A DNA stretch of 64,000 nucleotides from Ignavibacteria bacterium (GCA_020852705.1 JADZAP010000004.1:81486-145485); one strand, 5' to 3'; shown: positions 1 to 10,617, counted from the first letter of the stretch. Notes: generated by a model not told the origin, from the letters alone. A program made the numbers and translations.

Positions 1-234
1 CATGATTTCAACATTTCTTCAACCTCGAGCATCCTATCCCCTACAAACATATTGACCTGCTTAAAGATAAGTATGGCAAGAATATAATAAGGATAGGATT
101 GGGGAAAAGCTGAAGCAAGGATATTGTAATACATGAAAGTAAATATTATATTTGCAGAACGATAGATTAAGGCACTTGGCAATATGTGAAATTTTTTAGA
201 ATTAAATTACTTTGAATATAAATAATAAGTAATT

Positions 235-1506
235 ATGCATAAGCAGTTAAATACATTCCGTAGTTTTTTTTTCCTTTCGAATAATATCCCAAAAATAATT
301 TTTATTGTGTTAATTTTAACTTGTCCTCAATTCAGTATATCGCAGTGGATACAGCAGACAAGCGGTGTAAGTGTTGATCTGTACGGGGTTCAAATTCTTA
401 ATAATAATACAGGTTGGGTATGCGGGCAGGCAGGGGTTTTATTAAAAACTACAAACAACGGGAATAACTGGGTAATATTTAACAGCGGAACTACGCAGAC
501 TTTAAGTGATATACAATTCATTAATGAAAATACAGGTTGGATCTCGGCAAGAATAGGCGGGAAAGTTTTTAAAACTACGAATGGTGGCGTTAACTGGGTA
601 ACACAACTTCAAACAGTTCAGTCAATTACTGCAATACAGTTTATAAATTCAAATACAGGCTGGGCTTGTGATCTAGGGGGAAATGTATTCAGAACAATTA
701 ACGGAGGGAATAGTTGGGATTCAGTGGATGTAAATTTTTCATTACAGGATATTATTTTTATTAATAATGACACCGGATGGGTCTGTGGTAACACAACATA
801 TATTTATAAAACTACCGATGGAGGAATAAACTGGAAATGGCAGCATGGGGGATCATTTGGCGGTGCATTTACATCAATATCATTTATAGATAATAATAAT
901 GGCTGGGCGTTAAATTTAGAGTTATATAGGTTATACAAGACAACAAATTCCGGCAATAACTGGATATTGTCAGACTCATTAACAGATTGCTTTAATGCAC
1001 ATGATATATTTTTCACCAGCTTAAACACCGGATATGTAAGCGGAGACTGCGGTCAAATGTTCAAGACTACAAACTCAGGTTTGAACTGGTATCAGCAGAT
1101 TACAGGTACTAATGCTTTCCGTAGTTCTGCATTTTTTCTGAATGATACAGTTGGCTGGTCTGTAGGCGGTAATGGTGTTATAATTAAAACAATCAATGGT
1201 GGCGCATTTGTTAAAGTAACATCAAATTATGAAGTTATTCCCCAAGACTTTAAATTGCATCAAAACTATCCTAATCCCTTTAACCCAGAAACAAAAATAA
1301 AATTTGAGTTGCCTAAAAGTGAATTTGTTGAAATTGGCATTTATGATATTACCGGAAAACTAATTTCTAAAATTTTAAATAAATACCTAACAGCCGGTAT
1401 TTATGAAATAAATGTAAGTTTAAATAATTTTTCAAGCGGATTATATATATGTAAACTTTTTACATTAAACTATTCCTCATCAATTTTAATGACTTTAATA
1501 AAATAA
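235..1506 (+). CDS. Secreted Ycf48/BNR-like beta-propeller repeat protein with T9SS C-terminal sorting domain
   Basis: 423-aa ORF with a hydrophobic N-terminal signal-like segment. About eight T(T/I)NGGxNW Asp-box-like motifs at ~40-aa spacing. C-terminus NYPNPFNPETKIKFELP... has the Por/T9SS tail pattern shared with four other ORFs here. Confidence 0.8.
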   Translation: MHKQLNTFRSFFFLSNNIPKIIFIVLILTCPQFSISQWIQQTSGVSVDLYGVQILNNNTGWVCGQAGVLLKTTNNGNNWVIFNSGTTQTLSDIQFINENTGWISARIGGKVFKTTNGGVNWVTQLQTVQSITAIQFINSNTGWACDLGGNVFRTINGGNSWDSVDVNFSLQDIIFINNDTGWVCGNTTYIYKTTDGGINWKWQHGGSFGGAFTSISFIDNNNGWALNLELYRLYKTTNSGNNWILSDSLTDCFNAHDIFFTSLNTGYVSGDCGQMFKTTNSGLNWYQQITGTNAFRSSAFFLNDTVGWSVGGNGVIIKTINGGAFVKVTSNYEVIPQDFKLHQNYPNPFNPETKIKFELPKSEFVEIGIYDITGKLISKILNKYLTAGIYEINVSLNNFSSGLYICKLFTLNYSSSILMTLIK

Positions 1507-1517
1507 GAGGGTAATTA

Positions 1518-2385
1518 TGAAATTACACAAATACTATTTAGTAATATTTTTATTGTTAATATACAGTATTCTAATACAACTAATTCTCAGAATCCGGAAG
1601 ATATTTTACCTCTTACCTTTAAAATAACCAGTTACAATGAAATTACAGGAAATATTGGTTTACGAATTTATTATAATTCTGAAGCTCAGGCATTATCGGA
1701 CTTGCCACTCAGTAAACCAAAAAATATTAAAGTTTCAAAATTTATTGTTGATCCTGTTACCGGTAAATTTGAACCAAAAGTTACCTGGGACGCAAACATA
1801 GAACCAGATTTTACAATTAATGGTATTTATAATATTTACAGAGGAATACAATACGAATGTGACATACAAACAGAACCATCTTATATCCAAATAGGTACTG
1901 TAAACGCAGGGAAGGAAGAATTTATTGATCATAATATTTACCTCTATCCAAGAAGTGATGGAAGCGGAATATGCGAATATCAGTTTAGAAGTCTTTCTTA
2001 TAAAGTTGAAGCCGTTGATAATTCAAATAAACCATCTTTAAAATCTGACCGTTCAATAATAAACGGATATACTGCTCCATGCGACCCGCTTGACGGTAAA
2101 GTTGTAAGCAATAATTACCCGAAAGAATTTAAGATATATAATTATCCAAATCCGTTTAATCCCATAACTGATATAAAGTTTGACTTACCTCAAAATGCTT
2201 TTGTTACACTGAAGATTTACAATGTATTAGGCGAAGAAGTTTCATTTTTGATAAACAAAGAATATAAAGATGCCGGCAGATATTCTGTTAAATTTGATGG
2301 TTCAAATCTTGCAAGCGGTATTTACTATTATTACATTGAAGCCGGCTTAAACAAAGATGTCAAAAAAATGGTATTAATAAAATAA
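1518..2385 (+). pseudogene. T9SS cargo protein interrupted by an apparent 1-nt frameshift near its start (or assembly error)
   Basis: ATG at 1518 is preceded by AAGAGGG and encodes MKLHKYYLVIFYC, then TAA at 1557. The 227-aa body with a T9SS tail (NYPNPFNPITDIKFDLP) is open in the +1 frame from 1546 but has no ATG before TTG 1702. Deleting one T from the T4 run 1548-1551 fuses them into MKLHKYYLVIFIVNIQYSNTTNSQ..., a signal-peptide-like N-terminus. Confidence 0.5.
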
Positions 2386-2593
2386 GTATTAACCAATATT
2401 TCTATTTTTCAAAGGAGCTGTCTCAAAAGAAATTTATCGTTTATTTATTAGAGAAGCCATTACTAATAATTTATTAAATTAGTATTTTATTAGATTGCCC
2501 CTTTTTTATTAGGATAAACCTTTTCATTGAAATTCAACTCCTATATTGATAATTTTGCGTAATTATAAATCTAACCAAACACGCTTAATATCT

Positions 2594-3328
2594 ATGCAAA
2601 AACTCAAATTCCTGTTAATTATTCTGTTACCTGTATTAATGCTTGTTTCATGCTCAAAAGAATCTGAGGAAACTATGCTGCTGAATGCAAAGAACAAGAT
2701 GGAAGAAGCCAAAAAGCTTGATACAGAAAATAAAACTGAAGAAGCAAAAAAGGCATATACAGAGGTAATAGAATTGTATAAAAAATTCTTAACGGAATAC
2801 CCATCATCACAGAAAGCACCGGAAGTTTATTCTAATATAGCAAAGATATATGTAGATAACCTGCGTGACTATAACAACGCAATAAAATATTACGAAGAGC
2901 TTTCGCAAAAATTCCCGTCATCAAAAGAATCAAAATACGGAATGTTTATGGTTGCATTTATATATGATGAAATGCTGAAAAATAAAGATAAGGCAAAAGA
3001 AAACTACAAGAAATTTTTGGATAAATATCCAAAGGATGAAGACGCGAATGAAAAAATGAGTGAATCAGCAAGAATGATGCTTCAGATGCTTGATGAAAAC
3101 AGGTCAATAGAAGATATAATAAAAAACACACAAAAAGATTCAGTAAAGAGCGAGAGTAAGGAAGAGACTAAAAAGGATGATTCTAAGAAGGATGACAAAA
3201 AAATTGAGGATATAAATAGCAAGGATTTGAATAACAAAGACCAAAATACCAAGGATCAAAACAGTAAGGAAAAGAATGATAATAAGCCAAAAGACGGTGA
3301 TGAAAAAGTTCCCCCGCAGAAAAAGTAA
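2594..3328 (+). CDS. TPR-like lipoprotein with K/D-rich low-complexity C-terminal tail
   Basis: I prefer ATG 2594 (MQKLKFLLIILLPVLMLVSCSKE: signal peptide plus lipobox Cys) over the track start at TTG 2546. Helical Y/A/K-rich repeats resemble YbgF/TPR. The tail is KDxN-repeat low complexity. Confidence 0.65.
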   Translation: MQKLKFLLIILLPVLMLVSCSKESEETMLLNAKNKMEEAKKLDTENKTEEAKKAYTEVIELYKKFLTEYPSSQKAPEVYSNIAKIYVDNLRDYNNAIKYYEELSQKFPSSKESKYGMFMVAFIYDEMLKNKDKAKENYKKFLDKYPKDEDANEKMSESARMMLQMLDENRSIEDIIKNTQKDSVKSESKEETKKDDSKKDDKKIEDINSKDLNNKDQNTKDQNSKEKNDNKPKDGDEKVPPQKK

Positions 3329-3407
3329 CCTATCATAAAAATAGAAACAATAATGCAGAAAACGAAGTTACAAAAATATAACAATTAATTAATAACTTCG
3401 TAAAACA

Positions 3408-4397
3408 TTGGAAACCGGTTATAAGAAACACAGCGACTACAGAAAATTTTTAGAGCCGGGGGTAATTTCAAGATTATCTAATTTAGAGTTAAAGGCAAAG
3501 TTTGTGGTAGAAGGATTTATTGCCGGCTTGCATAAAAGCCCTTATCATGGATTCAGCGTAGAATTTGCGGAGCACAGGCAATATATGCCGGGTGATGACT
3601 TAAAGTATCTTGACTGGAAGATACTTGGAAAAACGGACAGATATTATATAAAGCAATTTGAAGAAGAAACAAACCTTAAATCATACCTGATAGTTGATTC
3701 AAGCAGGTCAATGCATTTTAATTCAGCCAATAGCACACTTTCAGTGCGCTCCCCTTTCAGCAGGTTTTTCAAAAAGAAAGAACAAACGGTACCATCAAAA
3801 AACAGTATAACAAAACTTGAATATGCAACATATATTGCAGCATCTCTTGCTGTGTTAATGAGCTTTCAGAAAGATGCAGCCGGGCTGATAATTTATGATG
3901 AAACAATAAAATCGTTCATACCGCCGAAGGCAACACGGCAGAACCTTAAAATTATTTTAAATCAGCTATCTCAGATTGTACCTTCGGGTAAAACCAATAC
4001 AGCATCAGCACTTAATAATGCAGCAGAAAGAATAAAGCGCCGAGGACTTGTTATAATTTTCAGCGATCTATTTGATGACCAAAAAGCAGTTATAAATGCA
4101 TTAAGGCACTTTCGCCATAAGAAAAATGAAGTCATAATGTTTCAGATACTTGATCCGTTAGAAATGAGTTTTGCAATTGACTCCCCCACAATTTTTAAAG
4201 ATATGGAAACAAACCGCGAAATGCTTTCGCAGCCAATTTCTGTGATGAACTCATATCAGGAAGCAGTTCAGGAATTTATTTCAAATTACAAAACTGCCTG
4301 TCTATCTGATAACATTGATTACGTTCTGCTTTCAACCGAAACTCCGTTTGATACAGCCCTGCTTGAATATCTGAATAAACGTAAACGTTTAAATTAA
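3408..4397 (+). CDS. DUF58 (vWA-like) family protein
   Basis: 329-aa ORF with a TTG start. The motif GFSVEFAEHRQYMPGDDLKYLDWK plus the later IIFSDLFD block is the characteristic DUF58 signature seen in MoxR/Bat operons. Confidence 0.8.
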   Translation: METGYKKHSDYRKFLEPGVISRLSNLELKAKFVVEGFIAGLHKSPYHGFSVEFAEHRQYMPGDDLKYLDWKILGKTDRYYIKQFEEETNLKSYLIVDSSRSMHFNSANSTLSVRSPFSRFFKKKEQTVPSKNSITKLEYATYIAASLAVLMSFQKDAAGLIIYDETIKSFIPPKATRQNLKIILNQLSQIVPSGKTNTASALNNAAERIKRRGLVIIFSDLFDDQKAVINALRHFRHKKNEVIMFQILDPLEMSFAIDSPTIFKDMETNREMLSQPISVMNSYQEAVQEFISNYKTACLSDNIDYVLLSTETPFDTALLEYLNKRKRLN

Positions 4398-4528
4398 TCT
4401 GCAATTTTTAATTACGCCTGAAATTAAAGCTAAAATACAGCTTTTTATATTGTTTATACCCGATTTTTAATTTTATTTGATTAAACTTTTTGTATATTTT
4501 ACTGTCTAACTTACAGAAATAGCAAATT

Positions 4529-5560
4529 ATGGCACATTTTAAAGTAATTGTTAAAAATATGACCTGCCTTAACAGGCAAAAGTTATTATCATTTATTGTT
4601 TTATTTACAATAATTTCAGTAAATAATGTGTTATTTGCACAAAATCAAGATAGCTTGCTTGAAAAAGTAAAGGAGCTTGATATATCACTTGATGCACCGC
4701 AAGCAGAAGATGAGGACCTTTATTTGAACACGGTTTCATTCCAGTCATTTTACGATGTACTTTCACCAATGGGTGAATGGATACAGATAACAAAAGAAGA
4801 TGCAGATGAAGATATGAATAATGGCGAAGGCGAAGGTAATTTCTTAGCAAAGAGTGATGATGAATTTATCTTTATTTGGAAACCGGAAGTTACGGAAGGA
4901 TGGAAGCCATATTCAAATGGGAGATGGGAGTATTGTGAACAGGGATGGTTTTGGGTATCAAGTGATAAATGGGGAAACACAACATACAATTACGGCAGAT
5001 GGTGGCACTCACCAAAATTCGGGTGGGTATGGCTGCCTGGTTATACCTGGGCACCTGCATGGGTAAGGTGGCGTATGACAAATGACGGAAAACATGTTGG
5101 ATGGGTGGCGCTTTCACCAAAGGCAAAATGGAAAAATGAAACAGGAATTACTGATAAGACATATCATTATAAAAACAACGATGCTGACTGGGTGTTTGTT
5201 GATAATAATACTTTTGCAGGAGAAATTAGTTCAATAACATTAAAGAGTTCTAATAATTCAGACCTGATAAAAAATTCAAGTTTAATAACTGAAATAAAAA
5301 CTGAAAATGACCGGGTATTTACCGGTGGTCCTGATGCTATGGAAATGGAAAAAAGGACGGGCAAAAAATATAACAGTAAACGCCTTAAATTTAAGGAGGG
5401 AAAAGAAAATGCTGTGGTTAGTGATAATGAAATTATTGCAGGCAAAGAAAAGTTTAAAAGAGAACAAAAAGATAAATTAGTGAAACCAAAAAAGTTCAGG
5501 AAAAGTGAGCGTGTAAAAAAGATATTAAAACACCGAAAGCACAAAATACCAAGAAAATAA
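4529..5560 (+). CDS. Secreted Trp-rich repeat protein of unknown function with lysine-rich C-terminus
   Basis: 343-aa ORF with a signal-like segment (LLSFIVLFTIISVNNVLFA). The core has dense W/G/Y motifs (GWFWVSSDKWGNTTYNYGRWWHSPKFGWVWLPGYTWAPAWVRW). The C-terminal 60 aa are K/R-rich. The true start may be the internal Met at 4559. Confidence 0.6.
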   Translation: MAHFKVIVKNMTCLNRQKLLSFIVLFTIISVNNVLFAQNQDSLLEKVKELDISLDAPQAEDEDLYLNTVSFQSFYDVLSPMGEWIQITKEDADEDMNNGEGEGNFLAKSDDEFIFIWKPEVTEGWKPYSNGRWEYCEQGWFWVSSDKWGNTTYNYGRWWHSPKFGWVWLPGYTWAPAWVRWRMTNDGKHVGWVALSPKAKWKNETGITDKTYHYKNNDADWVFVDNNTFAGEISSITLKSSNNSDLIKNSSLITEIKTENDRVFTGGPDAMEMEKRTGKKYNSKRLKFKEGKENAVVSDNEIIAGKEKFKREQKDKLVKPKKFRKSERVKKILKHRKHKIPRK

Positions 5561-5566
5561 TACTTA

Positions 5567-5597
5567 AAAATCCCGTAAATTTACGGGATTTTTTATT
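5567..5597 (+). terminator. Rho-independent terminator after the Trp-rich protein gene
   Basis: Perfect hairpin aaaatcccgtaaa/tttacgggatttt followed by a T-run. Confidence 0.65.
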
Positions 5598-5679
5598 TTC
5601 CTTTACCTGTTAATTTAATTATCCGGAAATATTTTATAGATTGTTACATATTTAATTTTGATATAATTTTGCTGTTAAT

Positions 5680-7749
5680 ATGAAAAAATATATACTATTA
5701 TTATTAGTAACAAGTTTGCCGCTAATTTCACAGAACCTGCATCAGCGTTTTGACGGAATGAATTTTATAATAAACGGCAATAATTGCATTAATCCGTTCA
5801 ATGGCGGCTTAGAAATTCCAAGATATCAGTTTATAGATATAGATGGAGATCAAGACCTTGACTTATTTATATTTGATAAAGATACAACGCTTAATTTTTA
5901 CAGAAATGAAGGAAATTCAACTTCTCCCCTGTTAAAATTAAACACAACACGTTTCCAGAATCTTAATATTAAGAACTGGTTTCGGTTTGCAGATATGGAT
6001 TCTGACGGAGATGTAGATTTGTTTTGCGGCGGAGATTCACAAAGAGTGAGGTATTATAAAAATAACGGATCAATTTCAAATCCAAATTTTTTATTAGAGC
6101 AATACGGAATAAAAACAAACTTAAACGAATATTTAAACAGTGAGTCAGCAAGTGTACCAACAATTGCTGATATTGATGGAGATGGTGATCAGGATTTTTT
6201 TTCAGGCACAGCGACAGGAGAAATTACATATTATCAGAATATTGGCAACCCGCAGAATTTTAATTTTAAATTCATAACATCACGATTTGCAAATATACTG
6301 ATAATTGGGGGGGCATTAGATGAGATGCATGGTGCCAGTGCTATTCAATTTGCGGATATTGACGGTGATAATGATAAAGACCTTTTTTGGGGAGACCTTT
6401 TTGGGTTAAGTATCTATTTTATTAAAAATACAGGTACGGCACAAAACTTTCAGTGGAATATTATTGATACCACTTCACCTGAGCCGAATCCATACTACAG
6501 CGGCGGGTATAATATGCCATATATTGCAGATATAAATGGTGACAGCAAGAATGATTTTTTTATTGGAGTTTTAATTGGCTCTAAGACAATTGATAATTTT
6601 GTTTACTATAAAAATCAAGGAACGTTGAACAATCCCTCATTTACAAAGATCACTGATAATTTTATATTATCTGCAGATATTGGTTCATACAGTTCCCCTT
6701 GTTTTACAGATATTGATAATGACGGTGATAAAGATCTTTTTATGGGTTGCGACAAATCAGTTGCATTTTTTAGAAATACCGGAAGTGCAACTATCCCGGA
6801 ATTTACATTGGTTACCGATAGTCTTCCATTGAACATTTCTAACTTTAATTACTCGCCAACGGCGGGAGATTTAGATAATGACGGAAAAAAGGATTTAGTT
6901 ATTGGGTATTATGCTTCAGCCAAACTGCGCTATTTCAGAAATACAGGTACAGTAAGTAATCCGGTATTTACATATACCTCCTCACAATTAGATACATTTA
7001 ATCTGCAGCAATCAAGTGCACCATGTTTGGCTGATTTAGATAATGATGGTGATCTTGATATACTTGCCGGCAGCTCTTCGGGTAAACTTACATATTACAA
7101 AAATGCAGGAACTGCAAGTGTATTTAACTTTCAGTTAGTTTCAAATAATTATGCAGGTGTTAACGTTGGCAATGATGCTGCCCCAAATCTGGGTGACTTA
7201 GATGGTGATGGTGATTTGGATCTTTTGGTTGGCAACAGACAAGGGAAAATAGTATTTTACAAGAACACAGGCAGTATTAGTTCACCAAACTTTGAATTTG
7301 TTACAAACAATTATGCCGGTATTTCAGTTTTTCTGAACTCTGCACCTGCAATAGTAGATATAAATAATGATAGTGACCCTGACCTGATGGCAGGCAATAC
7401 CAAGGGCGGGCTTTATTATTATGAAAACTGGAATGTATTTGGCATTCAGCAGATAAGCAGCGAAATTCCGTTAAGCAGCAACTTATTTCAAAACTATCCA
7501 AATCCGTTTAATCCCTCAACAAAGATAAAATTCACTCTCAAGAAAGATACAAAGAGTGAAAACAAGAATGTAAAATTGATTGTTTATGATATAAGCGGGA
7601 AACAGGTAGCAAACCTGATTAACAGAGCACTTTTAAGTGGTACATACGAAGCTGAATTTGATGCGTCAAATCTTCCGAGCGGAGTTTATTTTTACAAGTT
7701 AACTTCCGGAAACTTTAGTGAATCAAAGAAAATGATTTTGTTAAAATAA
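5680..7749 (+). CDS. FG-GAP/VCBS repeat protein with T9SS C-terminal sorting domain
   Basis: 689-aa ORF with a signal peptide. More than 10 repeats of the D(I/L)DGDGDxDL Ca-binding FG-GAP type. C-terminus QNYPNPFNPSTKIKF... is a T9SS tail. Confidence 0.85.
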   Translation: MKKYILLLLVTSLPLISQNLHQRFDGMNFIINGNNCINPFNGGLEIPRYQFIDIDGDQDLDLFIFDKDTTLNFYRNEGNSTSPLLKLNTTRFQNLNIKNWFRFADMDSDGDVDLFCGGDSQRVRYYKNNGSISNPNFLLEQYGIKTNLNEYLNSESASVPTIADIDGDGDQDFFSGTATGEITYYQNIGNPQNFNFKFITSRFANILIIGGALDEMHGASAIQFADIDGDNDKDLFWGDLFGLSIYFIKNTGTAQNFQWNIIDTTSPEPNPYYSGGYNMPYIADINGDSKNDFFIGVLIGSKTIDNFVYYKNQGTLNNPSFTKITDNFILSADIGSYSSPCFTDIDNDGDKDLFMGCDKSVAFFRNTGSATIPEFTLVTDSLPLNISNFNYSPTAGDLDNDGKKDLVIGYYASAKLRYFRNTGTVSNPVFTYTSSQLDTFNLQQSSAPCLADLDNDGDLDILAGSSSGKLTYYKNAGTASVFNFQLVSNNYAGVNVGNDAAPNLGDLDGDGDLDLLVGNRQGKIVFYKNTGSISSPNFEFVTNNYAGISVFLNSAPAIVDINNDSDPDLMAGNTKGGLYYYENWNVFGIQQISSEIPLSSNLFQNYPNPFNPSTKIKFTLKKDTKSENKNVKLIVYDISGKQVANLINRALLSGTYEAEFDASNLPSGVYFYKLTSGNFSESKKMILLK

Positions 7750-7777
7750 AAAATATAAAGTTTAATTTGTAAATTAA

Positions 7778-8662
7778 TTATACAAGTTTAAGTTTTTTAA
7801 GCACGGTACGCATCTTATCTTTATTAGCTTTTGACATTTTAGTAAGAGGAAGCCTTAAACTTTCATCAATTTTACCCATCATACTTAGTGCAGATTTTAC
7901 CGGAATAGGGTTTGATTCAAAAAAGTTTGCTTTCATAAGATCAAAGAGTTTGTAGTGAATTTCTCTGGCTTTTTTTAGATCACCTTTTAGAGCAGCACGC
8001 GTCATTTGGGCAAATTCTTTTGGCACTTCGTTTGAAATAACAGCAATTACACCATCACCACCAGCAGTTATAATTGGCAGAGTCAAAGAATCTTCGCCTG
8101 AGAGTACAGAAAAACCATTTGGCTTATGTTTTATTATCTGCATAATCTGCTCTAAAATATTAGAAGCTTCTTTAACGGCAATAATATTTTCAACTTCTTC
8201 GGCAAGTCTTAAAGTTGTTTCGGGCAGCATATTTGAAGCAGTACGCCCCGGAACATTATACAACACAGCTTTAATATCACAAGCTTCGGCAACTCTTTTA
8301 AAATGCTGAAAGAAACCTTCCTGCACAGGTTTATTATAGTATGGTGCAACAAGCAATGCTGCATCAGCACCAACTTCACAGGCATCTTTAGTCATTTCAA
8401 TAGAGTCGGCAGTAGAATTTGTACCTGTACCTGCAACTACAGGAAGTCTGCCGGAATTTTGATCAACAACAATTTCAATAACACGTCTTCTTTCAGCGCG
8501 GGTTAAAGTTGCGGCTTCGCCTGTTGAACCGCAAGGTACAAGAAACTCAATATTACTTTTTATTTGCCACTCAACATGTTTACGAAGTGATTTTTCATCA
8601 ATTGTACCGTTTGCTTTAAAAGGAGTTACTAAAGCAGTACCTGTTCCGTTTAGTTTTTTCAT
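7778..8662 (-). CDS. dapA: 4-hydroxy-tetrahydrodipicolinate synthase
   Basis: 294 aa. GTGTALVTPF N-terminus, GSTGEAATL, YNVPGRT and AVKEAS (Schiff-base Lys) motifs typical of DapA. Confidence 0.9.
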   Translation of the reverse strand: MKKLNGTGTALVTPFKANGTIDEKSLRKHVEWQIKSNIEFLVPCGSTGEAATLTRAERRRVIEIVVDQNSGRLPVVAGTGTNSTADSIEMTKDACEVGADAALLVAPYYNKPVQEGFFQHFKRVAEACDIKAVLYNVPGRTASNMLPETTLRLAEEVENIIAVKEASNILEQIMQIIKHKPNGFSVLSGEDSLTLPIITAGGDGVIAVISNEVPKEFAQMTRAALKGDLKKAREIHYKLFDLMKANFFESNPIPVKSALSMMGKIDESLRLPLTKMSKANKDKMRTVLKKLKLV

Positions 8663-8964
8663 ATAATTAAAATAGAATTAATATATACAAATTTAATTTT
8701 AATTTAGTACTTAAACAATTTATAAAGAAATATTCACAGATTTTAATTAAATGGCAGAATTATAATTTTAAAATTCAGCCATTTTATAAAAATATTTATT
8801 TTGCAAAAATATTATTAGTGATTAAACCATATATCTAAATTTATCAATTTTAAATCAATTAATTGCAAATAGGAAAGCAGATTTGAGAAAGAATTAATCA
8901 TATTTAAAATACTTAATTTTAAGTATTTTTGCTGATATTCATAAATTCCATATACAAAAAATAC

Positions 8965-10476
8965 ATGTCAGAACAATTTTTAAATTTAATAAACGGAAAC
9001 TGGGTCGCACCCAAAACAGGTAAATATATTGAAAACCGTAACCCTGCAAATAATGAAGACCTTATTGGGTTATTTCCAGATTCAGCAGAAGAAGATGTAA
9101 ACAAAGCAGTTGCAGCAGCAAAAGAAGCATTTGAAAAATGGCGATTGGTTCCTGCACCAAAGCGAGGTGATGTTTTAAAAAGGGTAGGCGATATAATGAA
9201 TGAGAAAAAAGATGAAATTGCATTTGAAATGACCAGAGAAATGGGCAAGGTTTTTGCTGAAACTAAAGGTGATACACAGGAGGGTATTGATACAGCATAT
9301 TATGCAGCTTCTGAAGGCAGAAGACTTTTTGGATTAAATGCACCGAGTGAACTTCCTAATAAAATGAATTTAAGCTTCCGTGTACCAATTGGTGTTGGAG
9401 GATTTATCTCTCCGTGGAACTTCCCAATGGCAATACCAACATGGAAACTTTTTCCCGCATTAGTTTGCGGTAATACTGCAGTATTTAAACCAGCAGAACT
9501 TACCCCAAAAACTGCACATACACTTGTTGAAATTATAGATACAGCAATGCGTGAGGTTTTAGGGAAAGATTATATACCGGGAGTCATAAATCTTGTTCAC
9601 GGAAAAGGGAGTATAGTTGGCGAAGCAATTACAAACCATGAAGATATTGATCTAATTTCATTTACAGGTTCAACAGCTGTAGGAAAACGTATTAACAGCG
9701 TTGCAGGAGCTTCGCTTAAGCGGGTTTCACTTGAACTTGGCGGTAAAAATGCACAGATAGTATTGGATGATGCAAATGAGGAACTTGCATTAGAAGCGGT
9801 TTTATGGGGAGCATTCGGAACAACAGGACAAAGATGCACAGCAACATCAAGACTTATATTACATGAAAAAATTTATGATGAATTTACAAAAAAGCTGGTA
9901 GATAAAGCTTCAAAATTAAAGCTTGGATACGGTAATAATAAAGGAGTTGATGTTGGACCTTGCGTAAGTGAGACACAGCGAAACACCGTAGATAAATATG
10001 TGCAAATCGGGATAAATGAAGATAAGGCAAAACTTGTACTTGGCGGCGAGTTTGCAAAAGAAGGAGAACTTGCAAAAGGATGGTTTTATAAACCTACAAT
10101 TTTTACAAATGTTACTCCAGAGATGAGAATAGCAAAAGAAGAGATATTTGGTCCTGTGCTTGCAGTTATTAAAACAACCTGCCTAGAAGATGCAATTAAA
10201 ATTCTGAATAATACAAAATACGGATTATCATCATCAATATTTACCAACAACGTAAATGATGCATTTACTGCTGTGCGTGATATAAAAGCAGGAATAACAT
10301 ACGTAAATGGTGCAACTATTGGCGCAGAAGCTCACATGCCTTTTGGCGGAGTAAAACAGACCGGCAACGGACACCGCGAAGGCGGGTGGACTGTATATGA
10401 TTTCTATACAGAATGGAAAGCTGTTTATATTGATTACTCGGGCAAGCTGCAAAGGGCACAGATAGATAATTATTAA
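8965..10476 (+). CDS. NAD(P)-dependent aldehyde dehydrogenase
   Basis: ALDH signatures ELGGKN and GQRCTA (catalytic Cys), and EEIFGPV. I prefer ATG 8965 (MSEQFLNLINGNWV) over the upstream track start at 8929. Confidence 0.85.
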   Translation: MSEQFLNLINGNWVAPKTGKYIENRNPANNEDLIGLFPDSAEEDVNKAVAAAKEAFEKWRLVPAPKRGDVLKRVGDIMNEKKDEIAFEMTREMGKVFAETKGDTQEGIDTAYYAASEGRRLFGLNAPSELPNKMNLSFRVPIGVGGFISPWNFPMAIPTWKLFPALVCGNTAVFKPAELTPKTAHTLVEIIDTAMREVLGKDYIPGVINLVHGKGSIVGEAITNHEDIDLISFTGSTAVGKRINSVAGASLKRVSLELGGKNAQIVLDDANEELALEAVLWGAFGTTGQRCTATSRLILHEKIYDEFTKKLVDKASKLKLGYGNNKGVDVGPCVSETQRNTVDKYVQIGINEDKAKLVLGGEFAKEGELAKGWFYKPTIFTNVTPEMRIAKEEIFGPVLAVIKTTCLEDAIKILNNTKYGLSSSIFTNNVNDAFTAVRDIKAGITYVNGATIGAEAHMPFGGVKQTGNGHREGGWTVYDFYTEWKAVYIDYSGKLQRAQIDNY

Positions 10477-10617
10477 ATTTCAATAACAATTTTTTTTAAT
10501 TACAGCAAAGAAACAAATTGCAGGCAAAGTATGTATAATTTATTAAATTATATCCAATATTTAATTAATTTATCTTTAATAAATTTTAACTTATCATTGT
10601 AAACTATTTAAAATTCT

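Noticed and set aside
1-134. Minus-strand ORF start (ATG at 134-132, MYYNILASAFPQSYPYYILAILIFKQ...) running off the left edge.
   Set aside because: Only 44 codons are visible and no motif is present. I cannot distinguish it from chance, so it is not reported as a feature.
8021-8036. Sigma-54-like element TGGCAC-N5-TTGAA on the plus strand.
   Set aside because: It lies inside the dapA coding region on the opposite strand, its -12 element is imperfect (TTGAA rather than TTGCA), and no plus-strand gene lies downstream. It is probably chance.
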